Of a DNA stretch of 64,000 bases, positions 1-8,391 are shown piece after piece. The position numbers and the translations under genes are program-made. The stretch comes from Clostridiales bacterium GWF2_38_85 (lineage in GTDB: Bacteria > Bacillota > Clostridia > Oscillospirales > CAG-382). The notes under the pieces were generated by a model. The model searched no databases. It was not told where the DNA came from and saw only the letters and a list, made by a program, of their open reading frames with translations. Positions within the stretch are counted from its first letter, which is position 1, and each line of letters starts with the position of its first letter. The stretch covers positions 4,744 through 68,743 of the forward strand of contig MGOY01000006.1 of assembly GCA_001797275.1 (NCBI GenBank). Reading direction: 5' to 3'.

Positions 1-1
1 T

Positions 2-277
2 AAGTACTATACCGACAACGCAGCAGTCCTTGCAAAGCTGCTTTCCGATAAGGGCATCTTCTACACCGGCGGCACATCCTCGCCATATGTCTGGCTGGAA
101 TGTCGGAACAGCATGAAATCCTGGGACTTCTTCGACTTTCTGCTCGAAACCGCAAACATCGTCGGTACTCCCGGTGCAGGATTTGGCAGCAACGGTGAAG
201 GCTTCTTCAGATTGTCCTCCTTCGGCAGCAGAGAATCAACCCTCGAAGCAGTCGAAAGATTGAATAAATTATTATAA
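2..277 (+). CDS. C-terminal fragment of a PLP-dependent aminotransferase (LL-diaminopimelate aminotransferase-like); 5' end outside window
   Basis: Open frame from window edge translating ...GIFYTGGTSSPYVWLEC...GEGFFRLSSFGSRESTLEAVERLNKLL*; the FFRLSxFG tail resembles DapL-type class I aminotransferases. Confidence 0.5.
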   Translation, partial: KYYTDNAAVLAKLLSDKGIFYTGGTSSPYVWLECRNSMKSWDFFDFLLETANIVGTPGAGFGSNGEGFFRLSSFGSRESTLEAVERLNKLL

Positions 278-463
278 ACTCACATTATAATAATAGAATA
301 ACTCGATATGCTATAAATTTACCATTGTTTATTTTATACATATTATAATAGAATAATTTGGTTGTTTTCCCTATGGATTCTATCCTATATTTATTATATA
401 ATAAATTAACAGTATATTGTAACTTTGTGTATTATATTAAAATCATTTAGTAGAATAAATATA

Positions 464-943
464 ATGAGAAATTTTAAGAAATTTATTTTAGCAATATCCT
501 TAGTACTAATTATTTCTATTACCGCATCAGCACAATGGACTGCAGTTATTAGTGGTCCTTCATTAACTCCACAAGAAAAGAAGTATTCATCTACTCATAC
601 TCTTACAGCTACCAGTGCAGCAACTGGTAATTTGACAACAATGCGGTTTTCAAGCATGGGGCAACTCAGCAGTAATTTGGCTTCTGACAGTACCAGAGTT
701 TTATGGGTAGAATTATGGGAGGATGATTTATTTAACAGTGATGATAGAGTTAAAAATTATCGTGGTGAATTCTCCGGTCGATATTTTGTTAATATTTACG
801 TAACCGTTACTTGGATTCCAGGCGAAATTGAAGATGGTGATAAAACAGTAGAATTATATTGTTCATTCCTTCTAATCAAAAATCCAGATGATGGTACATT
901 TAGTTCTGGCAGCTTCTTTAATTACCAATTTGATGTTGAATAA
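464..943 (+). CDS. small secreted hypothetical protein (signal peptide)
   Basis: ATG at 464 (MRNFKKFILAISLVLIISITASAQW...) with hydrophobic signal-like N-terminus; no recognisable domain. Confidence 0.45.
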   Translation: MRNFKKFILAISLVLIISITASAQWTAVISGPSLTPQEKKYSSTHTLTATSAATGNLTTMRFSSMGQLSSNLASDSTRVLWVELWEDDLFNSDDRVKNYRGEFSGRYFVNIYVTVTWIPGEIEDGDKTVELYCSFLLIKNPDDGTFSSGSFFNYQFDVE

Positions 944-1020
944 TTGACAACCAAGATATATAGGAGTAATTTAATGAATTACTCCTATAATTAATATATA
1001 AAAGGAATATAAATATTAAT

Positions 1021-1575
1021 ATGAATAGAATAATTGTATTATTAATTGTTATTGTTTTATTATTTACGTCGTGTAACAATACAATTAATTATGATAACAG
1101 TAATAGTGTTAATTATATTGCAAAAATTGCATTCGAACAAAAAGATGATGGTTGGATATATTATTTTAATATTGAAAAATCAAAAATCGATCCTGAATCA
1201 GATAATTTTTACGAGTTTAATGGGGTAAATCTTAAACATAAAATTTTACCTGGATACGGTATTAGTGTTATAGACGAGGAAACAAGCAAAGTGATTGATG
1301 TTATAATTCCAAATGTTATGGTATTGGTTAATGGTGAAGATACCCAAAAAGATATTTTAACAATAGGTGATTATTTTAATCAACACCAATTCAATGCTGA
1401 AATTGAATATTCTGACTTAGAAAGCCTAAACACAATTAATATAGATAAAAACGATGTTTTAGAATTATTTAATAAGACAATTACGAAAACGGAAATACCA
1501 TTTGGCAAATACTATAACTATCCTATGAGCATGCTATTACAAGAAGAGTTATTTGTTAAATTATGGTGGCATTGA
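1021..1575 (+). CDS. hypothetical lipoprotein
   Basis: N-terminus MNRIIVLLIVIVLLFTSCNN has a lipobox-like LFTSC; no domain recognised. Confidence 0.45.
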   Translation: MNRIIVLLIVIVLLFTSCNNTINYDNSNSVNYIAKIAFEQKDDGWIYYFNIEKSKIDPESDNFYEFNGVNLKHKILPGYGISVIDEETSKVIDVIIPNVMVLVNGEDTQKDILTIGDYFNQHQFNAEIEYSDLESLNTINIDKNDVLELFNKTITKTEIPFGKYYNYPMSMLLQEELFVKLWWH

Positions 1576-1807
1576 ATTCGTAAATATCGAACTTTTATAT
1601 GAAAGCGAAACATATTTATCAGATATATATGAAAGCGACTCTAAATTATCAGATTTATATTACTTTATAGAAGATTTAGAAGACTTAATTATTAAAAATC
1701 AAGAGTTTTCTTTAAACAGTATTGATACATCAAAATTCAATGATATAGATTTCAATAGATTAGCTTCATTATTAGATGAAATAGAAAACTATCCGAATCA
1801 GGAATAG
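1553..1807 (+). CDS. small acidic hypothetical protein (contains an internal 30-bp tandem duplication)
   Basis: ORF overlaps the previous gene end; the highly acidic product contains a duplicated ESETYLSDIYESDSKLSDLYY segment. Confidence 0.3.
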   Translation: MLNYGGIEFVNIELLYESETYLSDIYESDSKLSDLYYFIEDLEDLIIKNQEFSLNSIDTSKFNDIDFNRLASLLDEIENYPNQE

Positions 1808-1824
1808 TCAAAGAGGTCATATAA

Positions 1825-2709
1825 ATGGAATTGAAAATAAAAGGCATATCAAAAAGTTATAGTGATACCTTAGCAGTTGATAATTTCAATACTAATTTTT
1901 CTCCCGGAGTTTACGGCTTTTTAGGTGCAAACGGAGCGGGAAAGACAACTGTAATAAAAATATTATGCAATATATTAAAGCCTACATCGGGTATAGTATC
2001 TTATAATGGTGAGAAAATTGAAAAACTAAGCAATAAATATCGTTCCCAAATCGGATATTTACCGCAGGATTTCGGTTATTATCCTCACTTTACAGCTTTT
2101 AGCTTTCTGTTGTACATATCAGCTTTAAAAGGAATAGACGACAAAGCTGCGAAAGTAAAAACAAACGAGCTTTTACCCTTAGTCGGTCTGGAAGAATACA
2201 GAAACCGGAAAATCAAAACCTTTTCCGGCGGTATGAAGCAAAGACTTGGTATTGCTCAGGCAATGTTGAACGACCCTAAAATACTAATCCTTGATGAACC
2301 GACAACAGGACTTGACCCGAAAGAGAGAATACATTTCCGTAATCTTATAAGCTCATTTTCAAAGGATAAAATTGTACTGCTTTCGACACATATCGTTTCC
2401 GATATTGCTTCAATCGCAAATGAAATTCTAATAATGAAGAAGGGGAAGCTGATTGTCCGCGGAACAATAAATGAATTATTGACAACGATAGAAAACAAGG
2501 TATGGCAATGCTCGATTGACCGGGTAACAGCAGAAAAAATAAAGTCTGATTATATTGTTATAAACATGACTTTATCAGATGATCTGGTAAATCTGAGAAT
2601 TATATCAGATACCTGTCCATTCTACGGTTCAATACTTGAAAACGCGAATCTTGAAGATCTTTATTTGTATTATTTTCGGGAGGTTGAACACATAGATGCT
2701 AAAATTTGA
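1825..2709 (+). CDS. ABC transporter ATP-binding protein
   Basis: Walker A GANGAGKTT, signature FSGGMKQRLGIAQA, Walker B ILILDEPTTGLD. Confidence 0.9.
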   Translation: MELKIKGISKSYSDTLAVDNFNTNFSPGVYGFLGANGAGKTTVIKILCNILKPTSGIVSYNGEKIEKLSNKYRSQIGYLPQDFGYYPHFTAFSFLLYISALKGIDDKAAKVKTNELLPLVGLEEYRNRKIKTFSGGMKQRLGIAQAMLNDPKILILDEPTTGLDPKERIHFRNLISSFSKDKIVLLSTHIVSDIASIANEILIMKKGKLIVRGTINELLTTIENKVWQCSIDRVTAEKIKSDYIVINMTLSDDLVNLRIISDTCPFYGSILENANLEDLYLYYFREVEHIDAKI

Positions 2710-3892
2710 GATAAAAAAACTATTATACAATAAAATATTATGGATCAGTCTGATTGCAGTACTAATTTACAGTTTTTCAATGTTTTATGGCTCTGTTTTA
2801 AAAAAAGAGGTTTATTACAATCAAAACACTGTCAATACTGATAACCCAGAAATTATATACAATAACAGAATGGAAAAAATCAAGCTTGAAAAAGAATTAG
2901 TAGCACCTTATATCGGCAAAGAATTAGACGATGATTTAGTCACAGAGTTATTGATTCTATATTATGATTTACGAGAAGAAGGTAAAGAATGCATAAATAC
3001 TGCTCCACATACAATGATATGGATGAATTTTTTTCCTATCGCGTATAATGAGAATGCAGAAATAAGTGAAGGTTATCGAATTATAACTATTAACAACGAA
3101 AAATATAAAGTTGAAACAGTTGAACAATTTTATAAAACAGTGAATGCAAATAAACCTATTGTATTTGAATATGGCGAGGGCTGGATAGCTCTGACCGAAC
3201 GGCTTGGCTGGTCATTGATTGTCGGACTTGCCGTCATTGTTATATCACTTGCGGCTGTTTTCTCGGGCGAACATAAATATAGAATGTTCGGGCAAATCAC
3301 ATCAACAAAGAATGGCAAGAACAAGAATGTAAAGTCAAAGGTTCTTGCTTCTTTGATTATAACATCCGCAATGTTTTTTATAATTACAGCCGTTAACATG
3401 CTGATGTATTTATCAGTTTACGGGCTATCCGGCGGAGATACTGATTTATTATTGTCAGTTTTAGCAAATACTGCTTTTCTTAACTTAAATATTGCCGGAA
3501 TAACAGTAATGAATGTTTTCATTTCAACAATTGTTTGTGGTTTTATTGCTTATATAGCTGTTGCAATGTTAACTCTTTTTATTTCATCACTATTAAATAA
3601 CGACTATATCAGTGTTGTTGTTTCATCTGTATTATACTTTTTCCCGATGATTTTAACGAAAATGTTCAGGTTTGATAATTCAGAAGTACTGGTTAATACA
3701 TTGAATCTTATGCCGATTAACATTTTTCCTCTTAGGCTTGAAACAGGAAATTGGCACTGGCAGGTTTCTGATATATCACTCTTCAATTTTAACTTACCAA
3801 GTATTTATATTATATCTTTCTCATATTTAATAATCAGCATTATTAGCTTTTTATTGATTCGAATACATATAAAAAAGATGCAAGATATATAA
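2696..3892 (+). CDS. ABC-2 type transporter permease (polytopic membrane protein)
   Basis: Overlaps the upstream ATPase gene (translational coupling); multiple hydrophobic helices over 398 aa. Confidence 0.7.
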   Translation: MLKFEIKKLLYNKILWISLIAVLIYSFSMFYGSVLKKEVYYNQNTVNTDNPEIIYNNRMEKIKLEKELVAPYIGKELDDDLVTELLILYYDLREEGKECINTAPHTMIWMNFFPIAYNENAEISEGYRIITINNEKYKVETVEQFYKTVNANKPIVFEYGEGWIALTERLGWSLIVGLAVIVISLAAVFSGEHKYRMFGQITSTKNGKNKNVKSKVLASLIITSAMFFIITAVNMLMYLSVYGLSGGDTDLLLSVLANTAFLNLNIAGITVMNVFISTIVCGFIAYIAVAMLTLFISSLLNNDYISVVVSSVLYFFPMILTKMFRFDNSEVLVNTLNLMPINIFPLRLETGNWHWQVSDISLFNFNLPSIYIISFSYLIISIISFLLIRIHIKKMQDI

Positions 3893-3898
3893 AAAAAC

Positions 3899-3931
3899 TC
3901 CCCCGAATTCTAAGATTCGGGGGATCTTATT
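3899..3931. terminator. bidirectional rho-independent terminator between convergent genes
   Basis: aaaaaaaCTCCCCCGAATtctaagATTCGGGGGATcttattatt: GC-rich stem with an A-run before and a T-rich run after. Confidence 0.6.
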
Positions 3932-3932
3932 A

Positions 3933-6416
3933 TTATATAAACAGTGTCGTTCCGGCGTTTTCGTTTTGTGAGATATAGGTTGCGACACCGCCGTATTCGA
4001 TGCCATCGATCAGCTCTTCCTGCTTGATGCCCATCAGGTCCATGCTCATGGTGCAGGCTATGAATTTTACGCCGGCAGCCATAGCGTTCCGTATCATGGT
4101 TTCGATATCGTCGACATTTTTCTTCTTCATAATGCCTTTTATCATCTTCGGTCCCATGCCGAGCATATTCATACTGGAAAGCGGCAGCTTCGCTGCTCCT
4201 CTCGGCATCATACCGCCGAACATTTTCTCGATGAAATTCTTTCTAACCTTAACCTTGTTGTTTTTCCGCAATGCATTCAACCCCCAGAAGGTAAAGAACA
4301 GCGTAACCTTTTTCCCGTTTGCCGCCGCTCCCTGAGCGATTATCATTGATGCTATCGCCTTATCCAACGCACCGCTGAACACAACAATGGTTGCGTTCTC
4401 CTGACTCACGGCCGGTACGGCTGTTTCAGACGAGGTACGACCTTTTTCGATTTCAGCAATATAGCTGCCGTTCTCGTTCCTTATTGAATCGAGCTTATGC
4501 CCGTTGATTTTGCACCAGCTTTCAACATCCTTTACAAAACCGAAATCTGTAGCTGTAACCTTAATGATTGAGCCTTCGGCAGCAGCCTTCACTGCCTTGT
4601 AGGTCGCCATCAGCGGTCCCGGACATTGCAATCCTCTTGCGTCAACCTCAGTTATTGATTTTGGAGCAACAACCTGGTTGTCGATATCAACGGTTGCGGC
4701 AGGCTGTGTTGTAACAATGTTCGAAAGCGGTTTATACTTAGCTGTACTATATGTCAGATAACCTCCTGACAGGTTGTATATATTGCTGAATCCAGCCACT
4801 TTAAGCTGCATAATAGCGACATGCGCTCTCAGCCCTGCCTGGCAGGTAACATACATCGGTTTTTCCATCGCCAATGTAATTTCACTCATTCTTGAACGCA
4901 GATCATCGAGCGGTATATTGACAGAGCCATTGATATGTCCTGCTTCAAACTCAAGCTCAGTTCTGACATCCAGTAAATAGCCGCCGTTTTTTACTATATC
5001 GTCAATTTCATTATAATGAACAAATTTATATTCACCGTCAAGCGTATTCGATGCTATATACCCCAGTATATTAACGGGGTCCTTTGCCGATGAATACGGC
5101 GGTGCATAGCAAAGCTCAAGGTCGGGTAATTCTCTGACTGTTCCGTCCAGCCTTATTACAGTTGATATTACATCGATACGCTTTTCAGTGCCATCTCTTC
5201 CGACCGCCTGTGCACCAAGAATCCTGCCATCTTCGGGTGAAAACAGCAGTTTTAGAGCAATGTTTGTTGCACCAGGATAATAGGATGCATGGTTCGCACG
5301 ATGCGCATGGATTGCGAGGTATGGAATTTTTTTCGCTTTTAACTGTGATTCATTGTTGCCTGTCGATGCGATTGTCAGGTCAAACACCTTTGCAACCGCT
5401 GTTCCCAATGACCCGCCATAACTGATCGGTCTGCCGCTGATATGGTCAGCAACCAGTCTGCCCTGTCTGTTTGCAGGCCATGCAAGCGGAATCGCTGTGG
5501 GGCTACCGTCAATACGGTCAACCACCTCGATTGCGTCGCCGATTGCGTATATATCCTCAACAACGCCGCCTGTTTCAGCGTCAAGCGTTTGCAGCTTATC
5601 GTTCGTTTTTATGTGCCCTCTCGGTCCGAGCGCCAGAGCCGCGCTCTTTGCAAGCGTATTTTCAGGAACAACACCGATTGCGAGTATTACAAGGTCGTTT
5701 GCGACAGTCTTTCCACTTTCGAGTACGACCGTTCTGCCGTTGTCTTTAAATTCCGAGATTCCATCACCGAGTATAAGGTCAACACCGTGTGTATTCAGCT
5801 CCTGATGCACAAACTGCGCCATCTCAAAATCAATCGGGCGTAATACCTGCGGCAGCTTTTCAACCAACGTAACCTTAATGCCAAGATCGCAAAGATTCTC
5901 CGCCATCTCAATACCGATGAATCCGCCGCCGATTACAACTGCGGTTCCGGGTTTATTTTCAGCAACAACAGCTTTAATTTTATCTGTATCGGGGATATTT
6001 CTAAGAACCAATACCCTTTCAGCATCCTGAATACCATTTATCGGAGGTTTTATTGGTTTTGCACCGGGCGAAAGAATCAAAACATCAAATGATTCCTCAT
6101 AGGTGTGTTGTTTTTGCTTGTCATAGACAGTAACCGTCTTTTTGTTGCGGTCAACTGCAACAACCTCGGTCAGGTTGCGGATGTCGAGATTGAACCGCTT
6201 TGTCATTCCTTCGACCGTTTGGACAAGCAAGCTGTCTCTTTCCTTAATAACACCGCCGATATAATAAGGAAGTCCGCAGTTTGCGAATGAGATATACTCA
6301 TCCCTCTCGAACATAATAATATTTGCATCTTCGTTGAGTCTTCTTAACCTTGCAGCAGCGGTTGCACCACCGGCAACACCGCCGACAATAACAATCTTTT
6401 TATTCATATATAACAC
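3933..6416 (-). CDS. multidomain CoA-disulfide reductase-like FAD/NAD(P) oxidoreductase fused to rhodanese, TusA-like and DsrE/DsrF-like domains
   Basis: N-terminus IVIVGGVAGGATAAARL (FAD-binding fold); rhodanese segment ...YVTCQAGLRAHVA...; TusA-like CPGP motif (LQCPGPLMATYKA); C-terminal DsrE-like VVFSGALDKAIASMIIAQGAAANGKKVTLFFTFWGL. Confidence 0.8.
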   Translation of the reverse strand: MLYMNKKIVIVGGVAGGATAAARLRRLNEDANIIMFERDEYISFANCGLPYYIGGVIKERDSLLVQTVEGMTKRFNLDIRNLTEVVAVDRNKKTVTVYDKQKQHTYEESFDVLILSPGAKPIKPPINGIQDAERVLVLRNIPDTDKIKAVVAENKPGTAVVIGGGFIGIEMAENLCDLGIKVTLVEKLPQVLRPIDFEMAQFVHQELNTHGVDLILGDGISEFKDNGRTVVLESGKTVANDLVILAIGVVPENTLAKSAALALGPRGHIKTNDKLQTLDAETGGVVEDIYAIGDAIEVVDRIDGSPTAIPLAWPANRQGRLVADHISGRPISYGGSLGTAVAKVFDLTIASTGNNESQLKAKKIPYLAIHAHRANHASYYPGATNIALKLLFSPEDGRILGAQAVGRDGTEKRIDVISTVIRLDGTVRELPDLELCYAPPYSSAKDPVNILGYIASNTLDGEYKFVHYNEIDDIVKNGGYLLDVRTELEFEAGHINGSVNIPLDDLRSRMSEITLAMEKPMYVTCQAGLRAHVAIMQLKVAGFSNIYNLSGGYLTYSTAKYKPLSNIVTTQPAATVDIDNQVVAPKSITEVDARGLQCPGPLMATYKAVKAAAEGSIIKVTATDFGFVKDVESWCKINGHKLDSIRNENGSYIAEIEKGRTSSETAVPAVSQENATIVVFSGALDKAIASMIIAQGAAANGKKVTLFFTFWGLNALRKNNKVKVRKNFIEKMFGGMMPRGAAKLPLSSMNMLGMGPKMIKGIMKKKNVDDIETMIRNAMAAGVKFIACTMSMDLMGIKQEELIDGIEYGGVATYISQNENAGTTLFI

Positions 6417-6562
6417 CGACCTTTCAAACCAGTAATTCTGTTTACTCTATATAAATATTATATAATAACAAAATTTGAAAGTCAATAAAAACTACATTTG
6501 TTCATATATACAATACAATTATTCAATCGGGTTTACTGATTTATCGTTAAAAATAGTAAAAC

Positions 6563-7759
6563 TTAGGCGGTTATTAATTTGCTGTATTTTCTTGTTTGAG
6601 CTCCGCATATAATCATCGCTACAAAGGGCAGCAATGAAATTATAAATTCAAAGATTCGAATTATACGAGCGTAATCGAAATAAATATTCCATGCAAACAT
6701 AGGAATAAATACACTCAGAAGAACCAGCGGTAAATAGACTGATAATATAATAATCGATACTCTGCTTTTAATGTATTTTGCTGTGACAAAAACACATGCA
6801 AGTACAGCAAAAACAATCTGCGGATTATTACTGAAACCTTTTTCAGATAACAACTGAACTGCTGAGGTCAACAATAGAATAAAACCTGTTGAATTGAAAA
6901 GCATTTTATCAGCAGGGGTTGATTTAATAATGCTGTTTTTAAATATCGCAAATAGTATTACTACAACCGCAAAGCTCAATATCCGCCAGCTCCAATTGGC
7001 ATATGAAAGGTTGAGGAGTGGTGTCATTATTATTTCCGCTGTGTATACTAATTTATATGAAATAAAGATATATCCGCTGAAAACTATTTGAATTGCAAGC
7101 AAAACTGCTGCTGTGAAAATGAAGAAGCTGCCGAACTTCAGAATGAAGGATTTTTCATGATCAATTTGCTTTGAAAAGTCATTTTTATCTGACTTCAGAA
7201 AAATGCCTGTCGCAATAATTATAACCAAAGGCACCCAGGCTTCAATGATGTTCAGATAATAGTTTATGAAATCATGCAGTAATGCCAGTATAACAGTTAT
7301 CCCTGCTCCGATTGCTGAAACAAGCCTTATGCTTTTGATATTGTAATACGAGTTTAACAAGAAGGCTGTAAAGCAAGCTGAAATGGATATGAGTAAGTTA
7401 TGCTGAAACATAACAGAAAAAACATAGGCAACAATCAACGAAAAACCAATCGTATCTATCAGTTGGCTTTCGTTTGGTGTAGCAATTACATTCATCCTTT
7501 TTCTAAGTATAATAAATACTGTAACAATAATTGCTATTACTATTGCTTCAAAGAGCAGATACCCATAATAATTCATCAAAAAATCCGCGACTGGTGCATA
7601 TGTCAGCAAATCAAATTTATAAACATATGTTATATATAAATCAAAGATCAGATTCATAAAAAACCATATGGAATGAATTATAATCAGGAATCTACTTAAT
7701 TCTGTTTTAAAGCTTGTGGATTTTGCTATGTTGCTCATATAAACTCTTCTTTTATTCAA
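6563..7759 (-). CDS. polytopic integral membrane protein, unknown function
   Basis: 398-aa ORF with about ten hydrophobic segments; 8-nt overlap with the upstream zinc-ribbon gene. Confidence 0.5.
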   Translation of the reverse strand: MNKRRVYMSNIAKSTSFKTELSRFLIIIHSIWFFMNLIFDLYITYVYKFDLLTYAPVADFLMNYYGYLLFEAIVIAIIVTVFIILRKRMNVIATPNESQLIDTIGFSLIVAYVFSVMFQHNLLISISACFTAFLLNSYYNIKSIRLVSAIGAGITVILALLHDFINYYLNIIEAWVPLVIIIATGIFLKSDKNDFSKQIDHEKSFILKFGSFFIFTAAVLLAIQIVFSGYIFISYKLVYTAEIIMTPLLNLSYANWSWRILSFAVVVILFAIFKNSIIKSTPADKMLFNSTGFILLLTSAVQLLSEKGFSNNPQIVFAVLACVFVTAKYIKSRVSIIILSVYLPLVLLSVFIPMFAWNIYFDYARIIRIFEFIISLLPFVAMIICGAQTRKYSKLITA

Positions 7760-8372
7760 CCTTTATATCATCAAAATTAACTATGAATTTGGACTCAAGA
7801 TATTCCACTAAACCTTTATAAAATGCAGTGCCTACATTTAATTTTGAAAAATCATAGCTAACTTTATTATTCTTTAGGTCAACAATTACAGAAAAACTTT
7901 TGATCTGATTAAAAATACCAGGTTTTATTTTTTTAAATGAATATACTTCATCATCTATATTTTTACCTACCATAATAATATAACAACAGCCTTGAGCATA
8001 TTTCTTGTTAGCATATGATAAACAAGTTTTATAATATTCTTGCATTAATTCAAGCGTTACATTTTCTGAATAGGTGACATATGTAATAAATTTAAATTTA
8101 TTCTTTATAATTTCTAATAACACTTTATTTCTTATTGGATTTAATGCTACAACGCCGCTTGTTTTAACTTCTACTCCCTGTGGAGATTCTTTCAAATCGG
8201 TAACATCAAAAGAACCAATTTTAATATATTCCTGTGCAAAGTATTTTGCGCTTAATTTCTCTAAATAAGCATTAAATTTGGGATCTTTCGGAGGTGCGCT
8301 GAGTCTGTTTCCACAATGTGTGCAAGTTTTCATACCATTAGGGACATTGTTGCCGCATTTGTTACAAAGCAT
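7752..8372 (-). CDS. zinc-ribbon domain protein, unknown function
   Basis: N-terminus CNKCGNNVPNGMKTCTHCGN (CxxC...CxxC zinc ribbon); the rest is uncharacterised. Confidence 0.5.
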   Translation of the reverse strand: MLCNKCGNNVPNGMKTCTHCGNRLSAPPKDPKFNAYLEKLSAKYFAQEYIKIGSFDVTDLKESPQGVEVKTSGVVALNPIRNKVLLEIIKNKFKFITYVTYSENVTLELMQEYYKTCLSYANKKYAQGCCYIIMVGKNIDDEVYSFKKIKPGIFNQIKSFSVIVDLKNNKVSYDFSKLNVGTAFYKGLVEYLESKFIVNFDDIKVE

Positions 8373-8391
8373 AAAAATTTCTCCTTTAAAT

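Noticed and set aside
1046-1228. 60-aa ORF nested in-frame-shifted inside the lipoprotein gene
   Set aside because: An alternative frame of a longer ORF with Ile/Leu-rich nonsense composition.
4000-5843. Cluster of 60-133-aa ORFs on both strands inside the CoADR-family gene (4000-4335, 4774-4980, 5162-5425, 5375-5584, 5442-5843, 5471-5749, 5497-5805)
   Set aside because: They overlap a long, well-supported minus-strand gene. They arise because this segment is locally GC-rich, so off-frames lack stops. They have Arg/Pro-rich junk composition.
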